Source: Bacteroidia bacterium
GTDB lineage: Bacteria; Bacteroidota; Bacteroidia; M30B66
Length of the DNA stretch: 64,000 nucleotides
NCBI GenBank assembly: GCA_965279035.1
Contig: OZ257142.1
Coordinates: 1,440,001 to 1,504,000, forward strand
Direction of reading: 5' to 3'
This document shows positions 9,141 through 19,203 of this stretch, in pieces. The position numbers and the translations under genes were made by a program. The notes under the pieces were generated by a model. The model saw nothing but the letters and a program-made list of their open reading frames with translations. It searched no databases and was not told the origin of the DNA. The first letter of the stretch is position 1, and each line of letters opens with the position of its first letter.

Positions 9141-11249
9141 ATGAAACTGATTCGTATTGCCGGTCTACTTATGCTTGGACTTACATCTCTGCCTGAAGCT
9201 CAGGCGCAAATTACCTATCCTAAAACTCGGAAAACTGATGTTGTGGAAGACTATCACGGAACTAAGGTTGCAGATCCATATCGTTGGTTAGAAAACGATA
9301 CTTCTGCCGAAACCAAAGCTTGGGTGATAGCCGAAAACGAAGTGACAAATTCATATTTGTCTAAAATTCCGTATCGAAATAAAATTCGTGATCGGATTAA
9401 CGAATTGCTCAATTATCCGCGTTATACAGCCCCTAATAGTGTTGGTAGATTTTACATCTACAGCAAAAACGATGGGTTACAAAACCAAAGCGTTTACTAT
9501 CGTCAAGATGGTTTAACGGGCGAACCAACCGTTTTTCTAGATCCGAATACCTTAGCAAAAGACGGCACTGCCTCAGCAGGGTTTGCAGGTGTTTCTACCG
9601 ACAAAAAATACATTGCTTACACAGTTAGTCGTGCCGGTAGCGATTGGTCCGAAATGCGTATTCGTGAAGTAGCAACGGGGAACGATTTGCCCGATGTGAT
9701 TCAATACGTGAAATTTTCGGGAGCTGCTTTCGTAGGAAATGGTTTCTATTATTCGCGTTATCCATCACCCGAAAAAGGACAAGAACTTTCGGGACAAAAT
9801 AAATTCCACTCGATATATTATCACCAATTGGGCGATAAACAAGAGCGCGATCGTTTGATCTTTGTCGATAAAGCCAATCCATTACGCTATCATAGCGCTT
9901 ATGCAACGGAAGATGAGAATTTCTTGGTTTTATCGATTAGTGAAGGAACCGATGGAAATGAAACCTGGATTCGGAATTTGAAAGCTGGCGAAGAATCATT
10001 TCATCCACTTATTAGCGGATTCGACTTTGTTAGCAATGTGGTCGATAATGAAGGAGATAAATTGCTTGTTCACACAAATATCGATGCTCCGAATTACCGC
10101 TTGGTATTGATTGATCCTAAGAATCCGGCAAAATCCAATTGGAAAAACATCATTCCCGAAAGTGTGAATTTGTTGAAAGGTGTTTCAACCTGCGGTGGGA
10201 AATTGTTTGCAGAATATTTGAAAGATGTGAATTCTCAAGTGTTTCAATACGATCGTTCCGGTAAAATGGAACACGAAATTTCGCTCCCTGGAGTTGGTTC
10301 AGCAGGCGGATTTGGTGGTTATAAAGAAGAGACATTCTGCTTTTATACTTATACTTCATTTAATTATCCACCAACAATTTTCAAGTATGATATTGCTTCT
10401 GGAAAATCGACAGTTTTCCGTAAATCAGAAGTGAAATTCAATCCCGAAGATTACGAGGTAAAACAAGTGTTTGCTCCTAGTAAAGACGGTGCAAAAGTGC
10501 CCATGTTTATAGTGCACAAAAAAGGCTTGAAACTCGATGGACAAAATCCAACCTTGCTCTATGCTTACGGAGGATTTAACGTGAGTTTAGAGCCCGGATT
10601 TTCGGCTACACGTATTCCGTTTTTAGAAAATGGTGGTGTGTATGTGATGGCTAATTTACGTGGTGGTGGAGAGTATGGTGAAACCTGGCATCGTGCCGGT
10701 ATGATGGAGAAAAAGCAGAATGTATTTGACGATTTTATTGCTTGTGCCGAATGGTTGCAATCCAATAAATACACTTCAAAAGATAAACTCGCAATTCAAG
10801 GTGGTTCTAATGGAGGATTGTTGATTGGTGCAGTTATGACACAGCGTCCTGATTTATTTGCTGCATGTATTCCTCAAGTTGGTGTGATGGACATGTTACG
10901 CTTTCAGAAATTTACTGTTGGTTGGGGTTGGGTTGATGAATATGGTTCATCGGATGATGCTAAAATGTTTCCGGTTTTACTTGGATATTCACCACTTCAC
11001 AACATTAAAGAAGTAAGCTATCCAGCCACAATGGTTATGACTGCCGATCACGACGATCGAGTTGTACCGGCACATTCCTTCAAATTCATTGCTACCTTGC
11101 AAGAAAAAAACAAAGGTGCCAATCCAGTGCTCATTCGTATTGAAACCAATGCAGGACACGGTGCAGGTACAGCGCTCAGCAAATCGGTAGAACAAGCTGC
11201 TGATATTTATTCGTTTATCTTCTTCGCTACTCATTCAACTGTCAACTAA
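9141..11249 (+). CDS. Prolyl oligopeptidase (S9A), exported
   Basis: 'VADPYRWLE'; catalytic GGSNGG, DDRV, GHG; signal peptide. Confidence 0.95.
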   Translation: MKLIRIAGLLMLGLTSLPEAQAQITYPKTRKTDVVEDYHGTKVADPYRWLENDTSAETKAWVIAENEVTNSYLSKIPYRNKIRDRINELLNYPRYTAPNSVGRFYIYSKNDGLQNQSVYYRQDGLTGEPTVFLDPNTLAKDGTASAGFAGVSTDKKYIAYTVSRAGSDWSEMRIREVATGNDLPDVIQYVKFSGAAFVGNGFYYSRYPSPEKGQELSGQNKFHSIYYHQLGDKQERDRLIFVDKANPLRYHSAYATEDENFLVLSISEGTDGNETWIRNLKAGEESFHPLISGFDFVSNVVDNEGDKLLVHTNIDAPNYRLVLIDPKNPAKSNWKNIIPESVNLLKGVSTCGGKLFAEYLKDVNSQVFQYDRSGKMEHEISLPGVGSAGGFGGYKEETFCFYTYTSFNYPPTIFKYDIASGKSTVFRKSEVKFNPEDYEVKQVFAPSKDGAKVPMFIVHKKGLKLDGQNPTLLYAYGGFNVSLEPGFSATRIPFLENGGVYVMANLRGGGEYGETWHRAGMMEKKQNVFDDFIACAEWLQSNKYTSKDKLAIQGGSNGGLLIGAVMTQRPDLFAACIPQVGVMDMLRFQKFTVGWGWVDEYGSSDDAKMFPVLLGYSPLHNIKEVSYPATMVMTADHDDRVVPAHSFKFIATLQEKNKGANPVLIRIETNAGHGAGTALSKSVEQAADIYSFIFFATHSTVN

Positions 11250-11251
11250 TT

Positions 11252-11743
11252 ATGCAAGAACCCGAAGAATTTCAAGAACTCACTGATACTGATTTTTTCA
11301 GTGTTGCCGAAGTATATCAACTCACCGAAATGGTGAATGAAACCTTGGCGCGAGTTACCTATCATTACTGGGTAAATAGGGCAAATGGGCAATTATTTGA
11401 AGTTCTTGATTGGATCACGTTTCACTTTGATAGTGGTAAAACTTTATCCATTACAGCTGGTCCCGAAACCGATGGAATCAAAGTAACTGAGCCAGATATT
11501 GAAGCGGAACGCAAACGTATCGAAGAAGAGTTTAAAGGGGTGGTTACGATTGAATCTCGAGATGTTTCTAAAACGAAATATTGGAAAGAAACGATTGGTA
11601 AATCCATTACTCCATCTTTTATTAAACACGAAGGAAAGGTGTTAAACGATAGCATTGTTTTAAAATTTGAAGATGCCGAACCAGTTGAAATTTTCCTTGG
11701 ATTAGAAGGATTGGAAGTAGATGATTTTGATGAAGAAGATTAA
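11252..11743 (+). CDS. Hypothetical acidic protein
   Basis: 163-aa ORF 2 bp after the S9A stop; host-like codon usage. Confidence 0.75.
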   Translation: MQEPEEFQELTDTDFFSVAEVYQLTEMVNETLARVTYHYWVNRANGQLFEVLDWITFHFDSGKTLSITAGPETDGIKVTEPDIEAERKRIEEEFKGVVTIESRDVSKTKYWKETIGKSITPSFIKHEGKVLNDSIVLKFEDAEPVEIFLGLEGLEVDDFDEED

Positions 11744-11745
11744 TT

Positions 11746-12081
11746 ATGACAAAAACTCGTAGACAACCCGCTCCCAAACAAGTAAGAAATTCCGTTTTTG
11801 ATGGAGTTTGCTTAGCTAGTGCTTATATCATGCAGGAAGGCAAACCTGTTGGATTTATGTACCGAGAAGAACCAGAAGAGGACTTGGATTCAGGCTGGCG
11901 CTTTTTATCGGGCGATGAAGACGATGCTTATCTCGATAATGAGGACAATTATGGTGTTTACGACGTTGAAGCAGTGATGCTTATTGATCCTGCTATCAAA
12001 CAATATCTCAAACTCCCATTCGGTTCAGAATTAGAGCGGAAAGACGATCATTTCGTTCAATTACCACCCGAAGAAGAGTAA
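11746..12081 (+). CDS. DUF2185 family protein
   Basis: 'VGFMYREEP..DSGWRFLSGDEDDAY...DPAI..YL.LP.G' signature. Confidence 0.85.
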   Translation: MTKTRRQPAPKQVRNSVFDGVCLASAYIMQEGKPVGFMYREEPEEDLDSGWRFLSGDEDDAYLDNEDNYGVYDVEAVMLIDPAIKQYLKLPFGSELERKDDHFVQLPPEEE

Positions 12082-12101
12082 GTAAAACGTAATATGCAGT
12101 G

Positions 12102-12131
12102 AGGCAGGAACATTATTTTCCTGCCTTTTTT
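12102..12131 (+). terminator. Intrinsic terminator
   Basis: AGGCAGGAA-loop-TTCCTGCCT followed by TTTTT. Confidence 0.75.
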
Positions 12132-12175
12132 ATTCTAATGGATGTTGAAATAGTGCTTTTCCCTATCATTGTGCA

Positions 12176-12472
12176 ATGAATCAATACCTCGTCGACTTAG
12201 ATCTCCCAATCGAGATGACCGAAGAGTTCATTGCACTGATTCCAGAACAACGGCGACAGATCAATGAATTAATGTCGGGAGGAATTGTTTTATCCTATGC
12301 CTTATCGCAAGATCGCACCAAAGTTTGGGCAACGATTAATGCCGAATCGGAACTGGAAGTGCAAGAGATTTTAGAATCCATGCCACTCATCGACTATATG
12401 GAACCTACCATTTACGAATTGGCATTCTACAATGCAACTGGTAACGGCTTACCAGCTATTTCCTTGAATTAA
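12176..12472 (+). CDS. Muconolactone delta-isomerase-like small protein
   Basis: 'IPEQRRQINELMSGG...SYALS.DRTKVWA....SE.EV.EILESMPL..YM' matches the Bacteroidota MLI-like family. Confidence 0.7.
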   Translation: MNQYLVDLDLPIEMTEEFIALIPEQRRQINELMSGGIVLSYALSQDRTKVWATINAESELEVQEILESMPLIDYMEPTIYELAFYNATGNGLPAISLN

Positions 12473-12483
12473 ATCTACGTATC

Positions 12484-12627
12484 GCTGGCTTCGACAGGCT
12501 CAGCCAGCGGTTGGTACTATTCTGTTCTAGTCGAATTGTTGGCTGAGCTAGTCGAATTGTTGGCTGAGCTAGTCGAATTGTTGGCTGAGCTAGTCGAATT
12601 GTTGGCTGAGCTAGTCGAAGCCAACGT
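12484..12627. repeat. REP-like element copy 1 with tandemly amplified 21-bp right arm
   Basis: GCTGGCTTCGACAGGCTCAGCCAGC, then 4 exact CTAGTCGAATTGTTGGCTGAG units (12527-12610) and a terminal CTAGTCGAAGCC. Confidence 0.85.
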
Positions 12628-12900
12628 TGGCAGCAAAAATAACTCCTGTCTAATTAATGCTTCTTTTTTTTCTCGCCTCCATTTTTGTACTTGCTTTTCT
12701 CTGTAAAAAGCTTGGTCAATTCTTTCAAATTATTCAATATAAACAATTGAAACCGGTAAGCGATTTTGTGTGTGTTTTGCACCATTTCCAGTCTGGTGTT
12801 CTCGTAAACGTTTTTCAATATTTATAGTGCTTCCCGTGTAATAAGTGCCATCTGAACAAAGCAAAATATACATGAATCCTAAATTGATATTTCTTTTCAT
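12517..12900 (-). pseudogene. GIY-YIG nuclease (YhbQ/UPF0213-like) with in-frame TAA
   Basis: Manual translation: MKRNINLGFMYILLCSDGTYYTGSTINIEKRLREHQTGNGAKHTQNRLPVSIVYIE*FERIDQAFYREKQVQKWRREKKEALI. Stop at 12730-12732; the frame then runs into the repeat (STSSANN)n. Confidence 0.85.
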
Positions 12901-13003
12901 AATTTGTTTAAATAATTTTATAATAACTTTATATACACTAAAATAAGAAAAATATTATTTGCTTGGATTATAGTGGGTTCATAATGTAAAAAATTTATCA
13001 AAG

Positions 13004-13127
13004 GCTGGCTTCGACAGGCTCAGCCAGCGGTTGGTGCTTTTCTGTTCTTGTCGAATTGTTGGCTGTTCTTGTCTAATTGTTGGCTGAGCTTGTCGAATTG
13101 TTGGCTGAGCTTGTCGAAGCCAACGTT
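13004..13127. repeat. REP-like element copy 2 (direct repeat of copy 1)
   Basis: Same GCTGGCTTCGACAGGCTCAGCCAGCGGTTGGT head, followed by ~3 degenerate CTTGTCGAATTGTTGGCTGAG units and GAAGCCAACGTT. Confidence 0.85.
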
Positions 13128-13157
13128 TATTTTCTCTATTTTTATTTAAAATGTAGT

Positions 13158-13748
13158 ATGAAATTCTTTCAATTCATATCGCTAATCACTTATGTTTTTA
13201 TAAGTATATTCACTTCTTGTAAGAAAGATGAAGTAGCAGAATCAGCTGTACATTGTGTGGATCACATTAATTATATAGGGAATTATTTATTAGATTATTC
13301 TTCAGATGATAGTTTAAACTATGCAGCTTATCCAAGTTTTAACCGTGAAAAAATATTTATCCCATCAGCCTTCACACCTAATAATGATAATATCAATGAT
13401 CATTTTATAGCAATAATTAATTTGAAAGAAAGTACAAGTAACTACCAGGCTATTTTAACTATTTATTACCAAGGATTATTTAAACATGGCGAATTTGCAA
13501 GTTTTAAAAATGATTACTTTTTTAATTGGGAGTTTCCAGATGAAGCTTATACCAAGAGATTATATGATGTGTATTTAGTTATCAGTCAAAACGGACAAGA
13601 ATTAAATAATTTTCATATGCAATGTTGGGCGTTGAAACCAGATCAAAATGGGTTCTTGCCTAAGTGGTCAAGCTGCTTAACGTATGATGATCAATTTGAA
13701 TTACGTTATGGTTTAATTTTTCCAACTCAAGAGAAATTCAAACCCTAA
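13158..13748 (+). CDS. Hypothetical lipoprotein with CHU_C/T9SS type-B-like motif
   Basis: Likely start MKFFQF with lipobox FTSC; internal 'IFIPSAFTPNNDNINDHF'. Confidence 0.65.
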   Translation: MKFFQFISLITYVFISIFTSCKKDEVAESAVHCVDHINYIGNYLLDYSSDDSLNYAAYPSFNREKIFIPSAFTPNNDNINDHFIAIINLKESTSNYQAILTIYYQGLFKHGEFASFKNDYFFNWEFPDEAYTKRLYDVYLVISQNGQELNNFHMQCWALKPDQNGFLPKWSSCLTYDDQFELRYGLIFPTQEKFKP

Positions 13749-13806
13749 TTTGACAAATTAATTTAGGGCAATATTCAGGATTAATTCCACAGAAAAATAA
13801 TCGTTC

Positions 13807-14274
13807 TTAATTGTTTTCTTTTTCCAATTCTTTATCACGAAGATTCTTAACATAATCATGATCTTTCTTCAATAATGATAATTGAAGGCTTATGATTTTG
13901 CGTTGAGTAGGAGTTAATTCGTCTGATCGATCTAATAACACACTCCTGTATACTTTTAAAGCCACATCTTCCCCGTATTCACATGAATTTAAAATTGTTT
14001 TACGATCATTTTTCCCTAATGCAACTTTTACATCCATCCAAACTCGAAAAAATTTACCTGAGATTTTAGTTTCATTGGTTGGTGTGCCTTTTAAACGAAG
14101 TATCTCAATCGACAATTCATTTTTACAATTTTCGCTTGTATGAATCATTTTTTGAAAAAGCGCTGATAAATCACTTTCTTTCGTTTCTGATTCAGCTGTT
14201 TTGTATCCTTCCATTCGATCATTGTTTATTTCTACCAATGAATTTAAAACGGCAATTGATTTTTCAGTTTCCAT
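13807..14274 (-). CDS. PA2169 family (DUF2383) four-helix-bundle stress protein
   Basis: 'LNSLVEINNDRMEGY..A...L...F','FFRVWMDVK','ILNSCEYGED.A..VY'. Confidence 0.88.
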   Translation of the reverse strand: METEKSIAVLNSLVEINNDRMEGYKTAESETKESDLSALFQKMIHTSENCKNELSIEILRLKGTPTNETKISGKFFRVWMDVKVALGKNDRKTILNSCEYGEDVALKVYRSVLLDRSDELTPTQRKIISLQLSLLKKDHDYVKNLRDKELEKENN

Positions 14275-14661
14275 AGATGTTTAGTTAGTATTATTTGATT
14301 GATTTGTTTTATTAGTTCAAAATTAGGTCTAGGAATTCGTATTCTTTAATTTTCCCTTGTTCCATCTTTGTGGATTAAATCCCTGTATTAATTTCATTGA
14401 TCCATAGTTAAAGTATGGATACTAGTCAAATTTGTTTGAATTATTCTCGAACAACCATCCTCATTCCTTGCTTCATTTGTATACCATCTGCTTGGCTCAA
14501 AAAAAAATGGTTGAATTGTTAGATTCAACGTGGTCTGGGCTTCGCCTTATTTCATTTATATTTTGACGGTAAATAGTAAAATGGGATAGAATTAGAAAAG
14601 AAAGTTGAATTGCTTCTGCGCGATTTTTATTAAACGGAAATTTATTTCCCCCCAAGGTATT

Positions 14662-14946
14662 TTAGAAAAAATTTAACCAGGAATTCCTCTCAATATTTCG
14701 TTGATTTTCATGCTCATTATTTAAGTCATTTAGCTCGTTTGGTTCCTGATATAACGTATTGGATGATAAAGAATGTGAAGCATTTTGTTGATCGTCTAAA
14801 GGAATTTTATTTTCAGGTTGAAGTACATTCATATAACTAGATTTCGATTTTTGAAATAGAATTATCTCCCTGTTTTTATTTTTTACTGCATAGTGCATGC
14901 TATGCAAATCATTGATTTCAGTTTGTTTTTTTTTCGCATGAATCAT
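14662..14946 (-). CDS. Hypothetical protein
   Basis: 94-aa ORF co-oriented directly after the GT4 fusion; no recognisable motif. Confidence 0.4.
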   Translation of the reverse strand: MIHAKKKQTEINDLHSMHYAVKNKNREIILFQKSKSSYMNVLQPENKIPLDDQQNASHSLSSNTLYQEPNELNDLNNEHENQRNIERNSWLNFF

Positions 14947-14970
14947 GATTTCTATTTTTAGAATTAAAAA

Positions 14971-17379
14971 TTAGTTTGTTACCTTTTTAATTTTCCGCTC
15001 TATAGAATTTCGGAAATCATTTAAACTGTGTTTTTCTTTGTGAAAAGCCGTATCACTCTCTTCTGCAAACGGTTTTTTTCGTAATACATTTTCTATAGAC
15101 AAACGTGCAAGTAAATAACTGATTGTTGATTCAGCACCTTGGTTTAGGTTAATGTTATTTTCTTCTAAACCATCATAACATCCTCCTGTACATGGGTTGT
15201 AAATGATTTGGTGAAGATGATTCTCTCCTAAAAACCAATTAAATGAGCTAATTAATTTTTCTCGATATGAATTATCATCTAAAAATTCATTGAATTTCTC
15301 TAATGCTAGAATTGTATATGCAACATCAATTGGTTGTTCTCCTCCAGCTGTTATATGAATTGTATCAGACTCTTTATGCATCCAGTTTTTATTGGATATT
15401 ACGTGGATTTTGCCATTCTTGAAAATTTTTGAAAGCAGAAAGTCGAAAGATTCACATGCAATTTTTTTGTAATCCTGATTGTGAGTGATTTTCCAAGCAC
15501 AAAGCAAAGCTTCGGGCAAAATACTATTCGCATAGGTTAAATAACTTTCAAACCAGAACCAATTATCATTTGATTCATGTTGATACATTTTAACCAATCG
15601 TTCTGAAAACAATGAAATCAATTCTACTTCATTTTCTGAATAATAAAATCTATTTCTAAAGTATAGTCCTTTTATTATAAATGCCATAGCACGCGTTGAA
15701 TGGATTCCATGAATGTGAGAAATTGCTTTTTTGAAAATCAATTCCGCTTTTTCTATAAGTTCTTCTGGAAATATTGCCTTAAGTGATGTAAAATAGCCCA
15801 ATGCCCATATTGCCCGTCCATTTGAATCAGCTAAGTTTGTTGAGAAATTTTGCGATGTAAATTCTTTGTATTGATCTACATAATTTAAAAAACGACCATT
15901 TTCTTTTTGACAAAACTCAATAAAATCTAAATAGATAGTAATTAGTTTTAAATCTTCTTCTTTTCCAAATAACTCGTATTTCTGACTTATTGCAATCAAT
16001 GCACGTGCATTGTCATCCAAGGTATAGCCTGTTAAAATATCAGGTTGATTTATTTCTGAAAATTGAATAATTCCGAAATCAGTTGTCATTTGTAAAATAT
16101 GACTCAAATTAATTTCTGGAATTGAATATTTTAGTTGAATTGCGTTTGGATCCATGTTTTCAATTAGTCTTGCGTGTTGTATTGCGGAATTTTCCCAAGC
16201 TGTTGGTGCCATTTTGTGAATCCCATTCAATATTATCTTTTTACGAAGTTCTTCATTCTCAATTATTTCATTGAGACATTTTGTTAAAGCTGCTGAATCT
16301 TCAAATCCAAATAGAATTCCTGTACCATCTTTTAATACTTCTACTGCATGTGGAATGGGCGTCGAAATAATAGGACAGCCACTACTTATTGCATAAGAAA
16401 ATGTTCCACTAACGGCTTGATTCGGATCTTTTGATGTAAATAAATAAATATCAGTTAATTGAAGAAAATCAAGCAATTCATTTAATGGCAAAAAGTAATT
16501 TATAAAGCGAACGTGATTTTCTAAATTCAATTCTATTACTAGATCTTCTAATGACTTTCTGTATTTCTCTCCTTCCTGTTTCAAAACAGTCGGATGTGTT
16601 TTTCCTAATATCAGAAATACACTATCCGGATGCTTTTTCACTACCTCTGGAAGTGCCTTCAAAGTGCTTTCAATGCATTTTCCACTACTTATTAATCCAA
16701 AAGTCGATAAGACTATTTTGCCACTTAAATTAGCTTTCAATTTTAAATTCTCTTTATCACGATATTCCACCAAATGAGTGCCGTGAGGTATTATTGTTAT
16801 TAAATTTGGTGAAACTCCATAATCTCTAATTAATATTTCTTGTGAGTATTTTGTCATTACAATGATCGAATCTACCAGATTTGCTATTTCTTGAACATGG
16901 ACTAAATGTTTAGAGTTTGGATTGGGTAGAACAGTGTGAAATACTATAATTACAGGTTTTTTTATGTTTTTTATCAAATCACAAAACTCATTTTCCTTGT
17001 TCTCAAATAGTCCAAATTCATGTTGAATTAGTACCATCGATAATCGCTCATTTTGATTGATTTCTCTTTTGATTTTCAAGTAATCTTCTGGCTGATCTGT
17101 ATTTAATATACTACCAACTCCATTTGGATATGTATGTTTTTCGTTTTTTGATTCAAGTGGACAAATGGTTAATTTAAATGAATCTCCAAATTTCTTTTTG
17201 AGAGCATTTATTAAATCAGTCGTATACGTAGCAATTCCACATTCTCTTGGAGGATATGTACTAATAAATAATACTTCAGGAATTTGATTTAAATAGTGAT
17301 GAACCGATATGCCGTTTCTTAAGCTAGATCTAAATTCATTCATACTACGTAGGGAAAGTTCATTTCTACTTATTTTCAT
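14971..17379 (-). CDS. GT4 glycosyltransferase fused to C-terminal (alpha/alpha)-barrel glycosidase-like domain
   Basis: 'STYPPRECGIATYT','QHEFGLF','QAVSGTFSYA' (GT4); 'GYTLDDNARAL','WFESYLTYANS','GGEQPID','GGCYDGL....NLNQGAES' (C-terminal domain). Confidence 0.88.
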   Translation of the reverse strand: MKISRNELSLRSMNEFRSSLRNGISVHHYLNQIPEVLFISTYPPRECGIATYTTDLINALKKKFGDSFKLTICPLESKNEKHTYPNGVGSILNTDQPEDYLKIKREINQNERLSMVLIQHEFGLFENKENEFCDLIKNIKKPVIIVFHTVLPNPNSKHLVHVQEIANLVDSIIVMTKYSQEILIRDYGVSPNLITIIPHGTHLVEYRDKENLKLKANLSGKIVLSTFGLISSGKCIESTLKALPEVVKKHPDSVFLILGKTHPTVLKQEGEKYRKSLEDLVIELNLENHVRFINYFLPLNELLDFLQLTDIYLFTSKDPNQAVSGTFSYAISSGCPIISTPIPHAVEVLKDGTGILFGFEDSAALTKCLNEIIENEELRKKIILNGIHKMAPTAWENSAIQHARLIENMDPNAIQLKYSIPEINLSHILQMTTDFGIIQFSEINQPDILTGYTLDDNARALIAISQKYELFGKEEDLKLITIYLDFIEFCQKENGRFLNYVDQYKEFTSQNFSTNLADSNGRAIWALGYFTSLKAIFPEELIEKAELIFKKAISHIHGIHSTRAMAFIIKGLYFRNRFYYSENEVELISLFSERLVKMYQHESNDNWFWFESYLTYANSILPEALLCAWKITHNQDYKKIACESFDFLLSKIFKNGKIHVISNKNWMHKESDTIHITAGGEQPIDVAYTILALEKFNEFLDDNSYREKLISSFNWFLGENHLHQIIYNPCTGGCYDGLEENNINLNQGAESTISYLLARLSIENVLRKKPFAEESDTAFHKEKHSLNDFRNSIERKIKKVTN

Positions 17380-18412
17380 TGCTAACTGTATTAGATAGTA
17401 ATTCTTTTATTAATCCTGATAAACTCACTGATGCGCATGCAATTTGCTCATCAGCTGCCCCGTAATAAATGTAAAGGCTATCTTCGAAAATGGCTGTTCC
17501 CGTTGGAAAACAAACATTATTGACAACGCCCGTTAATTCCCATTGTTGATCAGGATAAAAAAGCGGATAAGGTAAGCGAGCAATTTCTTTTTGAGGATCT
17601 TCTAAATCAAGTAAAGCGGCACAACTGGTATACATATACCCATTAATTGTATCATGAACTCCATGATATATTAACAACCATCCACTTTCTGTTTCAATTG
17701 GTGGACAACCACCACCTATATAACTTACTTCATGTTTGTATTTTGGGGATAATACGATGAATTTGTGTAAGTGTAGAAAATAGTTTTGCCAAAATTCGGT
17801 TGTAAGTTCTTCAAATGAATGAAAACTAACAATTTGAATATCTGGTCTTACTCGATGTAAAAAATGAATTTTATCGTTTATCTTTCTTGGAAATAAAATT
17901 ACATTCTTATCCCATATTAATACTTTTTTCCCATTTATTTCTTGCACTTTATTGTGTTCATTATATCGCAAGTATTTCTCATTCAATGTACCTTTTGATT
18001 CAGCTAAATGACTGAATTCTTGATAGGTAATTTGTGGGACAATAATTCCCTTTTTTTCAAAATGAATTAAATCTGTAGATGTTGCTAATGCACCCATTGC
18101 ATTTACTCCATCGTAAGCTGTATAGGTTAAATAATAGATTCCTTCAATGCATACTATTCTCGGATCTTCTGTTCCTTTTGATTCATAGTCAAATTGGGGG
18201 AAAATTAACGGAGTATCGAGACGTTCTATTACCTGCAATGGCCCAGATAGTTTACAAAATCCAATGCTCGAATAATTACCCTTACTTACAGCTCTATAAA
18301 ACAGATATACTTCGCCTTCAACTTTGATAATTGCTGGATTCAGAACGCCCTCATTTTCAAAACCATTTCCAGTTTTTACTAATATAACACCTTCTTTCTT
18401 TACTTCAATCAT
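17366..18412 (-). CDS. GH130 family glycoside phosphorylase/mannosidase
   Basis: 'GVLNPA','GTEDPR','YYLTYTAYDG','KNVILFP','HRVRP','GWLLIYHG','NVCFPTG','YYGAAD'. Overlaps the GT4 gene. Confidence 0.9.
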   Translation of the reverse strand: MIEVKKEGVILVKTGNGFENEGVLNPAIIKVEGEVYLFYRAVSKGNYSSIGFCKLSGPLQVIERLDTPLIFPQFDYESKGTEDPRIVCIEGIYYLTYTAYDGVNAMGALATSTDLIHFEKKGIIVPQITYQEFSHLAESKGTLNEKYLRYNEHNKVQEINGKKVLIWDKNVILFPRKINDKIHFLHRVRPDIQIVSFHSFEELTTEFWQNYFLHLHKFIVLSPKYKHEVSYIGGGCPPIETESGWLLIYHGVHDTINGYMYTSCAALLDLEDPQKEIARLPYPLFYPDQQWELTGVVNNVCFPTGTAIFEDSLYIYYGAADEQIACASVSLSGLIKELLSNTVSNENK

Positions 18413-18900
18413 GGCCTTGTTTTGTATATGAATAATGCAATTACTCCCATTGAAATGAATGTTAAAATAAAAATGGCAATGTATCTACTCACTCCAAATT
18501 CTTCCACTAAAATTCTTAATGGATATCCTATTGTTGAGTACATTACTGAAAGGAGCGTTTTCCTTCCATTCTTACTTTTTATTATATATTCATCAGCACC
18601 ATGCTGAAATGCTTCAATTGATGCTGCAACGTGCTCGTTTGAAGTAAACATTATTACTTCTGTATTTGGATTAATTTCTTTTATTTTTCCAATGACTTCA
18701 TTCCCTTTATTCCCTTCTAAATAAACATCCATTATCACTATTTCAGTACTATTGTTGATGTTTTTTAATGCCTCTTGACTACTGAAATATTTAGAAATCG
18801 CAATCGTATTATTGAATTTATTTTTAAGAAAAAGTTCTAATTCAGAAGCCATCTTTAAATTATCATCAATAATGAAAACATTCGTAAATACTGGATTCAT
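18409..18900 (-). CDS. Response-regulator receiver with C-terminal TM helix
   Basis: 'IIDD..','IVIMDVYL','MFTS','EYIIK'; hydrophobic C-terminus. Confidence 0.82.
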   Translation of the reverse strand: MNPVFTNVFIIDDNLKMASELELFLKNKFNNTIAISKYFSSQEALKNINNSTEIVIMDVYLEGNKGNEVIGKIKEINPNTEVIMFTSNEHVAASIEAFQHGADEYIIKSKNGRKTLLSVMYSTIGYPLRILVEEFGVSRYIAIFILTFISMGVIALFIYKTRP

Positions 18901-18951
18901 GGTTTCTCGTATTGAAATGATTGAAAATATTTGTTAATTGAATTTGAAAGC

Positions 18952-19182
18952 TTAAACTTTTGAATTAGGCACTTGAATATGACTTAATTCATATTTATTC
19001 ATTAATTCATTCAGTGAATTCAAATATTCTTCAAGTGATTTATCTTGAATTTCTCCTTCTTTATATCTACTTGAATTTAGTGGCATTTCACCTATGTATA
19101 TTGAAAGCTCAGGAAATCGTTTTGTTATTTCCTGGGTTTTTTCTAAAATCTTCTTCATTAAAAATTCACTGGATTTAGTCAT
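18952..19182 (-). CDS. Small hypothetical protein (Bacteroidota stress-cluster type)
   Basis: 'I...FPELS.YI.EMP........LEEYLNSL..L..KY' pattern; co-oriented in the cluster. Confidence 0.7.
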   Translation of the reverse strand: MTKSSEFLMKKILEKTQEITKRFPELSIYIGEMPLNSSRYKEGEIQDKSLEEYLNSLNELMNKYELSHIQVPNSKV

Positions 19183-19203
19183 TCTATTTATGTTGTCTTG
19201 GAT

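Noticed and set aside
12527-12622. 21-bp repeats as a CRISPR array
   Set aside because: Units are head-to-tail with no unique spacers, and there are no cas genes in the window.
12730-12732. Stop-codon reassignment or readthrough in GIY-YIG
   Set aside because: TAA is the normal terminator of many intact genes here; a single nonsense mutation or sequencing error is simpler.
13077-13157. N-terminal extension MLAELVELLAELVEA of the 13077 ORF
   Set aside because: It is translation of the REP tandem; the lipoprotein signal starts at ATG 13158.
14329-14397. CsbD-like remnant (…RWNKGKLK…) in the stress block
   Set aside because: Only ~22 codons with a few matching residues; too weak to call.
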